A DNA stretch of 44,583 bases from Promethearchaeia archaeon (lineage in GTDB: Archaea > Asgardarchaeota > Lokiarchaeia > Sigyniarchaeales > SOKP01), in NCBI GenBank assembly GCA_046483985.1, contig JAWOCD010000072.1:1-44583 (forward strand), in the 5' to 3' direction. Positions 9,763 to 18,244 of this stretch are shown piece after piece. The position numbers and the translations under genes were made by a program. Within the stretch, counting starts at the first letter, position 1, and each line of letters begins with the position of its first letter. The notes below the pieces were generated by a model, which searched no databases, was not told the origin of the DNA, and saw nothing but the letters and a program-made list of their open reading frames with translations.

Positions 9763-11466
9763 ATGGAAAAAAAGAAAATATTCATAGGACTCATATTATT
9801 ATTGTTTTTTGGGCAGATCTACCTCAGTTCATTATATAATTTTGATACAACCACTTATTCCGAGGAGAAATCCCCTTTAGAAGAATTTAAAGAAAGTCCC
9901 GAAAAAGATCTGCCGAAAGTTTCCACTTCAAACCCGACTAAAGCACTGAATTACAGTTCTATTTCAAGGAACCGGTCCGAAGTTAGACGTAGATTCCAAT
10001 CAGTGAACATCACGGTAAATGTATCTGCATATGAAGGGGCGAATCATACTGAAATGTCTATTCATTTTTTTGATGGAACTATTACACGGCTGGAAATGAA
10101 TGAGACGGCAGAAGGAGAAGAGAGATTTTACAAAACTTATACACCTAATGATGATGATCCATTGGGGCTTGCAGAGGTCAACTTTACTATTTACAATGCA
10201 ACGGGTGCAGAATCCGAATGGATTGTACTAAATAACGGCACTACCTACACTAACTTTACGATAAAATCAAGTAGTCTGGCATCTTTAGATAGTTCCGTTT
10301 ATGATCGAGGAGAGGATTTACATGCTTCTCTTATCGTTCAAGAACCGTCTGAATTTACTTGGGATGTCTCCGTGGTTGATGAAAAGCATGAGGATCTCTT
10401 CTTCTTAGGTCATAATTTGAACGATACTTATTTCGAAATCAATGAAAGTTTTACAGACCCTGGCGATTATTACTTAGCAATTAACGTGACCCAAGAGTCG
10501 ACCGGGAACTGGGAAGAAAGTTATTTTCGCTTCCAGATAGAAAATGCAGCCCCGGTAATTCATTCATTAAAGTTTAATCCTTCCAGCGTATATCGCACAG
10601 AAAAATGTGAGGTCGAGGTGAATGTAACTGACCAAGAGACGGATAGTGGTAACTTAAGTGTTACTTTATATTTAGAAGATCCTAATGGGGACATTGACAC
10701 TGAAAGCTTTACCCATGCAGACCAGTTTTTCACGACTGATTTCACCATTGAGGCCGACAAGCCAGCAGGCTATTATAATGTAGAAATAGAGGTAAATGAC
10801 GGAGATTCGGGAACAGATACCTATGAAGATTCGATAATCATAAAAAATAATCCTCCGAAAATTAATTCGTATCAAGTAAATAATCACACTATGGAAGAAC
10901 AGATGAATATTAATTATGGAGAGGATTTAATTTTTGAGTTTAACGTGACCGATGAGGAAGGTCTTGCCTATGTAAAAGTCGCCTTACTGAACGAAGATGA
11001 CGAATGGTTCAACATTACTCGTAAGTATAAGGATAATATGAAGATTACCATCCGCACAGAGGATCTCCTTTCGGGAGATTGGTATGTGTATGTATATGTT
11101 ACTGATACCGACGGAAAGACGGTGGGACTTGACTTTAATTATGATGTCGCCCCGCAGCAGATAAGCCTTATACCGGATTTAATGACTACGATCTTACCAT
11201 GGGTTGCTCTAATTATTGGATTGGGACTTGGTCTTATTATTGGAATTGCCGCGGGAGTACGATTGGGAAAAAAACCAGCAAGGGAAAAAGACACTACACC
11301 AAAAAAACCAGCTGAAACGAAATCTGAGAAGAAATTAAAAAGTTCATTGACAAAAGAAAAGAAGGAAAAAGCCGAGGAAAAACCAGAGCCTTCAGAAATG
11401 GAAGAGGAAACAAAAGAAGAAACGAAAGAGAAAAAACCAGAGAGAAAAATTAAGAGAAAATTATAA
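9763..11466 (+). CDS. Single-pass cell-surface protein with Ig-like repeats and a highly charged cytoplasmic tail
   Basis: Signal-like N-terminus. Repeats N..P.I...V.D.D/E (ENAAPVI, NNPPKI). TM ILPWVALIIGLGLGLIIGIAAGV. K/E-rich tail ending RKIKRKL. Starts 6 bp after the previous gene. Confidence 0.75.
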   Translation: MEKKKIFIGLILLLFFGQIYLSSLYNFDTTTYSEEKSPLEEFKESPEKDLPKVSTSNPTKALNYSSISRNRSEVRRRFQSVNITVNVSAYEGANHTEMSIHFFDGTITRLEMNETAEGEERFYKTYTPNDDDPLGLAEVNFTIYNATGAESEWIVLNNGTTYTNFTIKSSSLASLDSSVYDRGEDLHASLIVQEPSEFTWDVSVVDEKHEDLFFLGHNLNDTYFEINESFTDPGDYYLAINVTQESTGNWEESYFRFQIENAAPVIHSLKFNPSSVYRTEKCEVEVNVTDQETDSGNLSVTLYLEDPNGDIDTESFTHADQFFTTDFTIEADKPAGYYNVEIEVNDGDSGTDTYEDSIIIKNNPPKINSYQVNNHTMEEQMNINYGEDLIFEFNVTDEEGLAYVKVALLNEDDEWFNITRKYKDNMKITIRTEDLLSGDWYVYVYVTDTDGKTVGLDFNYDVAPQQISLIPDLMTTILPWVALIIGLGLGLIIGIAAGVRLGKKPAREKDTTPKKPAETKSEKKLKSSLTKEKKEKAEEKPEPSEMEEETKEETKEKKPERKIKRKL

Positions 11467-11577
11467 TTGTAAAATACCGATTTTTTGTTATCTTTTCTTT
11501 TCCTTTTTATTTTATATGGATTTTTTAGTATTGCTTATAAAAAAATTAAAAATATTGATTATATTATAGAGTGTTTT

Positions 11578-12495
11578 TTATTCCATTGAGAGGACATCCA
11601 GCAAGTTGTATTGATATTTTCCTAATTCTCCCCCATAATTTCCAGCAGTAATTCTCGTTACCCCGGGAACTTCGACGCACGCCTCAATTCCAACTTTAAT
11701 TGCTTGTTTTACTGCTATTTCCGTTGCGCCATCAATGATTATTTCATAGACGCATTCTTCATTGTCTTCTAATTGGGTGTTCTCAATTTTATCCTTCAGA
11801 GTGGGACAGAGGGGGTCATTCGTGCTTGCGTTGAGGAATTCATATTTGGAGCCAACTTTTGATCCCGACCTTACAATGCCTCCTGGGAAGGGAGTGATCA
11901 CATATTCTACCTCGTCAATGGCTTCAATTGCTTTTTCTGCAGCTTGTAAACCTGATTCTTGATCTTCGGCAACAATCAAGAAATTACCGCCGGCTACTCC
12001 TTTTCCGCCTTTGAAAACGCTTTGGATGATGAATTCACCGTCCATAACCGGTATTTTCCACGCATCGAAGGGATAAGCATCTGTTTCCTCTTCATGTCCA
12101 TCTCCGAAAAATTTGAGGTTATATCCGGCTTTTAGTTCGAACTCTTTTTCTGGTTTCACGGACTCATCAAATGCATCAAAACATGCAGTTGTGGGACAAG
12201 TCAATACGCATTGTCCTAATCTGTTCATTAGGGTGTTATTTACCTCTTTTTGATCTCCAGACATAAAAAACATTAACACCACTCCAGGGCGATTATCTGG
12301 TGTTTCTTCCGCTTCTACAAAACTATCTATCCCTGCTTCTGCATCGCAATGAATTGTGGAGGTTCCATACCCTGTGGCAATTTGAGCACAAGTCTCTAAC
12401 CATTGCTGGTTTGTCGCAGTTACTAAAACTCTTGTAAATTTGTTTCCAAAAGCTTCACAAAAAGTATCCTCTATTTTTACACCATTTAGTTCCAT
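11578..12495 (-). CDS. ftr: Formylmethanofuran--tetrahydromethanopterin N-formyltransferase
   Basis: MELNGVKIEDTFCEAF, CDAEAGID, TPDNRPG, RLGQCVLTCPTT, GVAGGNF, PFPGGIVRSGSKVGSKY, ITAGNYGG are hallmark Ftr motifs. Confidence 0.97.
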   Translation of the reverse strand: MELNGVKIEDTFCEAFGNKFTRVLVTATNQQWLETCAQIATGYGTSTIHCDAEAGIDSFVEAEETPDNRPGVVLMFFMSGDQKEVNNTLMNRLGQCVLTCPTTACFDAFDESVKPEKEFELKAGYNLKFFGDGHEEETDAYPFDAWKIPVMDGEFIIQSVFKGGKGVAGGNFLIVAEDQESGLQAAEKAIEAIDEVEYVITPFPGGIVRSGSKVGSKYEFLNASTNDPLCPTLKDKIENTQLEDNEECVYEIIIDGATEIAVKQAIKVGIEACVEVPGVTRITAGNYGGELGKYQYNLLDVLSME

Positions 12496-12635
12496 TTTTT
12501 TTCACTTTTGAAATATTTATTTATTTTATCACATTATCTGATATACATTTTAATAAAAGAGCATTTTATATAAAATTTTAAAATTCAAAAAAGATTCATA
12601 GTAAATATAAATTCAAATAGAAAACATTTAAAAAG

Positions 12636-13484
12636 TTGAAAAATATGAGTGAAGATAAAATATTAAAGATTGGGGTCCTTAAAAATGGTACCATCGGGTC
12701 TTCTCTTCTACTTTCGTTCTTGCTCGATGAACGTGCAGAGGGAGAGCGGGTAGAATTCAGAGAAGTAACAAGTGGTCCTAAAATGCATCCTGCAGAAGAA
12801 TGTACTGAGACAATGGAAAAGTTATTAGAATTCGAACCTGAATTGCTATTAATGTCCAGCCCAAATGCTGCACTTGAGGGTCCAGAAGCAGCACGTGAAA
12901 TGGTAGGCGATATTCCTACAATTGTGGTGTCTGATGCCCCTGCTAAAAAAGCCGTTGATGAATTTGAAGAGAAAGGCATGGGCTATATCATTGTGATGTG
13001 CGATTCAATGATCGGTGCCCGCCGACCCTTCTTAGACCCGATTGAAATGAGTTTATACAATTCCAATTTGCTCAAGGTTCTTGCAATAACGGGAGTTTTT
13101 AACCTCATGGTTAAAGAATTAAATAAAGTTATCATGGATATGCTTGAGGGGAAAACACCACCCTTACCGCAACTTGTCATCAAAGCGGATAATGCAGTAG
13201 AAGCAGCGAGCTTTGCAAATCCCTATGCAAAAGCAAAAGCTATTGCAGCCTTCGAAATCGCATCAGCAGTTTCGGGACAAACTGGTTATGCTTGTTTTAG
13301 AATGAAAGAGCGAGAGAATTATATGCCTGTCTTAGCTGCTGCACATGAGATGATGAAAACAGCCGCGAATTTATGCGATACTGCTCGGGAAATTGAGAAA
13401 TCGAATGATACTGTCCTACGAGAGCCACATCGCAGAACGCAAGAACTCCTTGCAAAAAGAAAATTGCTTAAAAAAGCAAAATAA
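12636..13484 (+). CDS. mtd: F420-dependent methylenetetrahydromethanopterin dehydrogenase
   Basis: LLDERA, SGPKM.P, SPNAALEGP, DSMIGARR.FLDP.EM, FANPYAKAKA, AAHEM, D.VLR.PH. The true start may be ATG 12645 rather than TTG 12636. Confidence 0.96.
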   Translation: MKNMSEDKILKIGVLKNGTIGSSLLLSFLLDERAEGERVEFREVTSGPKMHPAEECTETMEKLLEFEPELLLMSSPNAALEGPEAAREMVGDIPTIVVSDAPAKKAVDEFEEKGMGYIIVMCDSMIGARRPFLDPIEMSLYNSNLLKVLAITGVFNLMVKELNKVIMDMLEGKTPPLPQLVIKADNAVEAASFANPYAKAKAIAAFEIASAVSGQTGYACFRMKERENYMPVLAAAHEMMKTAANLCDTAREIEKSNDTVLREPHRRTQELLAKRKLLKKAK

Positions 13485-13614
13485 AGAATAACCAGTTTTC
13501 TTCTAATTCTTATTAATCCATTTTTTTTCAATTTTTTCCTTATCCTCTTATTTTCGTAATAAGACTATTTCTAAATAGAAAGCCAAAAAATTAATCTTTC
13601 AAGTATGTGCTTAT

Positions 13615-14619
13615 TCAAAGGCTTTCTAACTCGGAAGGAATATATTCATAAGTGTCAAAAAACCGCTTTCTAATGTCATTTATTTGAAACTGCTGAGTTT
13701 GCGCCCCTTGGGTTTCTACTACAAATGACCCTATAATTGATCCTAATCGACAAGCATCGAGTAATGTCATGTTTAGAATAAGTCCTGATAAGATTCCCGC
13801 CCTATATCCGTCACCAGCTCCGGTTGTGTCTTGTATCGTGTCTGGCTTGCAGATGGGAATGGTAATTTCATATTTTTTTTCTTTCCCGTCTTTATAAATC
13901 AACTCTGAGCCCTCTTCTCCCTTCGTCATGATCACCGCTCTGACATGGTTTAGTAATTCATCTATGTTATAATCTGTTTTTTCCAAGATTTGGTTAATCT
14001 CATATTTATTCCCAATAACTATTTCCGATTTTTTAATTATATCCTTCAGAATCTCTTTTTTAAATACTGGAGTGACTTGCCCCGGATCAAAAATCATTGG
14101 AATTCCAAGTTCATACAACTGATTTGCAAAAATCTCCATTGCATCCGCTCCTTGAGAGGAATTGATCGCATAGATATAATTCTCCGGATTCTTTATTTTT
14201 GTGGAGAGATCAATATCCTTGCATTTTTCTAATGCCCCGCCGTGGAAAATAATCATTTGGTTTTTCTTCACATCGTTCACAATATAGCAAGCGGCGGTAA
14301 AATCATCTTTATAGATATCAACGTCTAAGTCTATATTATCGAATTTTTCGATATGCTTTTTATATCCAAGAGTATTGAAATCTTCTCCAACCGCACCTAA
14401 TACTGTTACATGACCCATTTGAAGTAATCCAAGATTATAGGCAATATTTCCGGCAGTCCCCCCGAAATGCTTGATTCGGCTGTTCGCAGTAATTGTACTT
14501 TGGTAATCCCCTTTATGAAAATCAATCGATACTGCATTTGTAAAATTTTCCTCAAATCCCATAATATAGTCGAAGGCCAAAGAACCTAGTATTAAGACTT
14601 TATCTCTATTTTGAATCAT
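13615..14619 (-). CDS. PfkB-family nucleoside (adenosine-type) kinase
   Basis: GSLAFD, FGGTAGNIAY, FDPGQ, N.YE, TKGEEGS, DTTGAGDGYRAG PfkB signatures. Neighbours are purine salvage genes. Confidence 0.88.
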   Translation of the reverse strand: MIQNRDKVLILGSLAFDYIMGFEENFTNAVSIDFHKGDYQSTITANSRIKHFGGTAGNIAYNLGLLQMGHVTVLGAVGEDFNTLGYKKHIEKFDNIDLDVDIYKDDFTAACYIVNDVKKNQMIIFHGGALEKCKDIDLSTKIKNPENYIYAINSSQGADAMEIFANQLYELGIPMIFDPGQVTPVFKKEILKDIIKKSEIVIGNKYEINQILEKTDYNIDELLNHVRAVIMTKGEEGSELIYKDGKEKKYEITIPICKPDTIQDTTGAGDGYRAGILSGLILNMTLLDACRLGSIIGSFVVETQGAQTQQFQINDIRKRFFDTYEYIPSELESL

Positions 14620-14760
14620 GGTAAAAGTAATTGTTTTAATTTATGTATTGCATGATAACTGATATATATCTAGACAAACTTGGACATTATTTAAATCTAT
14701 TTATTATCTGCATAACTTAGTGCGTTAAATTTCTCCGATTCTACATTTTTTTCATGTATT

Positions 14761-15001
14761 GCACAGGGATCGCAGCCCAAAGGCTCGGAAGCTGTTGGAA
14801 ATCCCTCTGATGATGGGATAAAACCAATAAGATCCGATGTTTGCGTTTTTTGCCAAGTTCAATCGGCTTGATGCCGATTTAAATATCCCCCGTAATGTTC
14901 CTGGAGCGTAACTGTGGACTTCTCATCCATAAATCATCGGTGCGTGCCAAGTACTGGTTACCACGTTCGTCAGGTAGTGATCTTCTGAGTATCTGTCGTG
15001 C
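14761..15001 (+). ncRNA. Candidate structured non-coding RNA of unknown family (strand tentative)
   Basis: About 47% GC versus about 24% in the upstream flank. Terminal, long-range and local stems (see findings). No convincing ORF. Followed by palindrome TCTATA-TG-TATAGA and T5. Confidence 0.5.
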
Positions 15002-15084
15002 TTGTCTCTATATGTATAGACTTTTTCTGACTCTTGGAAAGGAAATAATTATTGTTAAAATTATTAAATTCAGGTAGGAAAAAG

Positions 15085-16401
15085 TTAGATTTTATAACTT
15101 TCTCCGATTTCTGGAGCAACCGCCGTATACCTAAGATCTTCGGTTAGATCTTTAGCCAAGGTCGTCGCAGCTTTTGGATCTCCATGAATACAAAATACTT
15201 TTCTACTTTGATTTTGAAAAGAAAGATCCTCGATGAAAGTATGGAGTTTTGTTCCAGATGTATGACCGGAAAAATCATAATATTCTGTATCGCATTTCGC
15301 TTTAATCCTTACCGATGGAGCTCTTTTCTTTTTTTTTCCGTGTTGATAATATTCAAAAACCCCTTCATCCAGAAGTTTTCTGCCTGGTGTTCCTTCTACT
15401 TGGTAGCCCACTACATAAATTGCGGCGTTGGGATCTTTTACAAAAGACTTCACGAAATTAATTGATGGTCCTCCCTTAAGCATTCCACTGGGAGCAACAA
15501 TAACACCGTTAGTATTTTTAATCTTAGAGCGAGATCTCTTTGATACAAATTTGGCTCTTTTTACTGCTTGTTTAAGCTTTTTTCTGTCACGTAAATAATC
15601 CGGATTCCGTAGATAAATCTCTGAAACTTTCCTTGCGAGCCCATCCAAGTATAATTTTCCGCGATATCCATATTTTTGAAGAATCATCAAAACCTCTTGG
15701 GAACGAGCTACAGCGAAAGCGGGCACGAGTACTTTTCCCCCATTCTCTATTGTTTTGATAATATTTCCCACAAACTCTTTTTCTAATTGTTCCCGAGGAG
15801 GATGCTCTCGCAATGCATAGGTTGATTCTGTTATTACGGCATCTACCTCTGGAATTATATCTGAGTTGGCAGAACTAATTAAGTTTGTTTCATGAATGTT
15901 ATAATCGCCCGTGTACAAAATACGCTTACCGTCGACTTCAACCAAAATCATTACGCTCCCGGGAATATGCCCCGCATTATAAAGCGTAATATAGAAGTTT
16001 TGCCCGATTTTTTTTCTTATTTTATTATCCAAGAAATAACCGTTCCCCATCATTTTATTTACCTCTCCATAACCGAAAGGATAATAATAATCAGAGATTC
16101 GTATAGAATCCTTTATTAAAATCTTACTAATATCGAAGGTGATAGGATTGGTAAGTATAGGAACATCGTAGTTCATAGTAATGTATGGTAACGCTCCCGA
16201 ATGATCCACATGGCAATGACTCACCGCAACGGCCTTTAGTCCGCTGAGGTTTGTTTTAAGGGGTAATCTTTCTTCTCCATGAAATCGAATTCCATAATCT
16301 AATAAACATTTTTCTCCATTATTAGATTCAACAAGAACAGCAGAACGTCCGATTTCCCGACATGCTCCAAGAAATGTAATTTTAGTCATAAATAATTTCA
16401 A
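15085..16401 (-). CDS. Beta-CASP metallo-beta-lactamase ribonuclease (aCPSF2-like, no KH domains)
   Basis: FLGACREIGRS, LLDYG, SHCHVDHSG, AGHIPGS, YTGD, ESTY, PAFAVARSQE, GML.GG, GYQVEGTPGR, FSGH, IHGD. Probable start ATG 16389. Confidence 0.9.
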   Translation of the reverse strand: MKLFMTKITFLGACREIGRSAVLVESNNGEKCLLDYGIRFHGEERLPLKTNLSGLKAVAVSHCHVDHSGALPYITMNYDVPILTNPITFDISKILIKDSIRISDYYYPFGYGEVNKMMGNGYFLDNKIRKKIGQNFYITLYNAGHIPGSVMILVEVDGKRILYTGDYNIHETNLISSANSDIIPEVDAVITESTYALREHPPREQLEKEFVGNIIKTIENGGKVLVPAFAVARSQEVLMILQKYGYRGKLYLDGLARKVSEIYLRNPDYLRDRKKLKQAVKRAKFVSKRSRSKIKNTNGVIVAPSGMLKGGPSINFVKSFVKDPNAAIYVVGYQVEGTPGRKLLDEGVFEYYQHGKKKKRAPSVRIKAKCDTEYYDFSGHTSGTKLHTFIEDLSFQNQSRKVFCIHGDPKAATTLAKDLTEDLRYTAVAPEIGESYKI

Positions 16402-16511
16402 ATTCTCAAACTATTAAAAATATAATAAATCTTATATTATATTTAAAATAAACAAAAAATATCAACTTTTTCATTATAAATTAATGGAAAACAATATAAA
16501 AGTGGATATAA

Positions 16512-17375
16512 ATGAAGTACGAAGATCAAGCAAAAATTGGAATCATTGGAGGAACGGGAGCCGATATAGATTTAGAAGATGTGGAAGAAGTAAAAGTTTA
16601 TACCCCATACGGAAAACCTTCTGATGTCTTTCAAGTGGGATCCTTTAAAGGCCAAAAAGTAGCATTTTTATCGCGTCACGGACACGGTCATACAATTCCC
16701 CCTCATAAACTTAACTTTCGGGCTAATATTTGGGCAATGAAAGAATTGGGGGTAGAATGTATTATATCTCCCTCTGCAGTGGGGTCCCTTCGAAAAGAAT
16801 TAGATAAAGGTGAATTTGTCTTGGTAGATCAATACATTGATCGCACAAAAAAGCGATTAGATACCTTTTATGAAGGAGGACAAGTCTGTCATATCTCACA
16901 AGCGGAACCCTTCTGTGATTATCTAAATGATTTGTTCTATAAAAATGGAAAAGAGATTGAGGGTTTAACAATTAATAAAGGTGGTACATACGTATGCATC
17001 GAAGGTCCTCGATTTTCTACAATCGCAGAATCCCGCATGTTCCGAAGTTGGGGCGGGGATATTATCGGAATGACTTGCTATCCCGAAGTAGTTCTTGCCG
17101 CAGAGCAAGAGATATGTTATTGTACCGTTGCAACAATTACAGACTTAGATGTATGGGCAGGAAAATGCCCAAATTGTGGAATTGTCGAGCGAGGAGATAA
17201 GTGTCCTTCGTGTGGTGAACCAGTCAAGGAATTATCGGTGGGGGTCGAAGAAATCTTAGAGACAATGGAGCAAAATGCCAGAAACCTGCAAGCTTTACTT
17301 GAGAGAGTGATTCCTAAAATCGATGTGGAAAGAGATTGTTCTTGTAAGCACAATCTCGAGGGAGCAATTCTATAA
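16512..17375 (+). CDS. mtnP: S-methyl-5'-thioadenosine phosphorylase with Zn-ribbon insertion
   Basis: IGIIGGTG, TPYGKPS, RHG.GH..PPH.LNFRANIWA, DQYIDRT, IEGPRFST.AES, DIIGMT, TDLDVW. Confidence 0.92.
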   Translation: MKYEDQAKIGIIGGTGADIDLEDVEEVKVYTPYGKPSDVFQVGSFKGQKVAFLSRHGHGHTIPPHKLNFRANIWAMKELGVECIISPSAVGSLRKELDKGEFVLVDQYIDRTKKRLDTFYEGGQVCHISQAEPFCDYLNDLFYKNGKEIEGLTINKGGTYVCIEGPRFSTIAESRMFRSWGGDIIGMTCYPEVVLAAEQEICYCTVATITDLDVWAGKCPNCGIVERGDKCPSCGEPVKELSVGVEEILETMEQNARNLQALLERVIPKIDVERDCSCKHNLEGAIL

Positions 17376-17446
17376 TTCTTAAACTGAAAAAAGAGATAAT
17401 ATTAAAAAAATATTTTTTTATTCTTTTAACAAAATGGTTTATTTTT

Positions 17447-17974
17447 TTATTCATCTACGGGAATCTTAAGAAGTGAAATGACTTCATATCTGTCAAGCCG
17501 TTCTCTTCCTTTTAATCCTCCAGTTAACTCTACAACACAGCCGATTCCTTCAACTATCCCTCCTGCTTTCTCGACTAATTCGCATGCTGCTTCTGCAGTT
17601 CCTCCCGTTGCTAATAAATCATCAACAACTAAAACGTTTTCCCCTTCTTCAATGGCGTCCACATGCATTTCGATGGTATCTTGTCCATATTCAAGATCGT
17701 AAGTAACTTCTAATGAATCATAGGGCAATTTACCAGGTTTTCTCATTAATATAAATCCTGCATCGATTAAATATGCAATGACGCTTCCAAAAACGTATCC
17801 TCTGGCTTCAATGGCAGCTACTTTAGAAATTTCTTTGTCCTTGAACTTATTTGCTAATAAATCACACGCTTCCTTGAAAGGGGCAGATACTTGACATAAG
17901 GTTGTTATGTCTTTAAATTGAATACCGGGTTTTGGCCAATCCGGAACATTCCGAATATATTTTGATAAATCCAT
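17447..17974 (-). CDS. apt: Adenine phosphoribosyltransferase
   Basis: IRNVPDWPKPGIQFKDITT, IEARG, RKPGKLP, YDLEYG, VVDDLLATGGT. Confidence 0.96.
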   Translation of the reverse strand: MDLSKYIRNVPDWPKPGIQFKDITTLCQVSAPFKEACDLLANKFKDKEISKVAAIEARGYVFGSVIAYLIDAGFILMRKPGKLPYDSLEVTYDLEYGQDTIEMHVDAIEEGENVLVVDDLLATGGTAEAACELVEKAGGIVEGIGCVVELTGGLKGRERLDRYEVISLLKIPVDE

Positions 17975-18244
17975 ATTTTTTTCAACTTCTTATTTCCTTT
18001 AAGTTAAGTTGAATAAAACGCATAAATTAATTAATTTTTTGTCATATTATAGTGAGAAAATAAGAAGAAGATTTTTATATTTTCATATCTACTAAAAAGG
18101 TAAATAAATAAATAAAGAACGAGAATTTATTTATACTTAGAAAAAGTTAAATAAAATGATTAAAGGTATAAAAATATACATTAATAATGATTTTATCCAT
18201 AACAAATTTAAATAATTAAGAGAATGACATAAAGGGAAATTATC

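Noticed and set aside
14797-14813. GAAA and CUGAUGA suggesting a hammerhead ribozyme
   Set aside because: Only ~5 nt separate the motifs, so stems I and III cannot form. CUGAUGA sits in a hairpin loop.
14761-15001. RNase P or SRP RNA identity
   Set aside because: No GAGGAAnnUCC/ACAnAAnnnGGnUUA pair and no CAGG-GNRA-AGCA helix-8 motif on either strand by eye. A covariance search is still needed.
14895-15077. 60-aa ORF over the candidate RNA
   Set aside because: Covers only part of the GC-rich structured block, runs into the AT-rich spacer and shows no motif. Not fully excluded.
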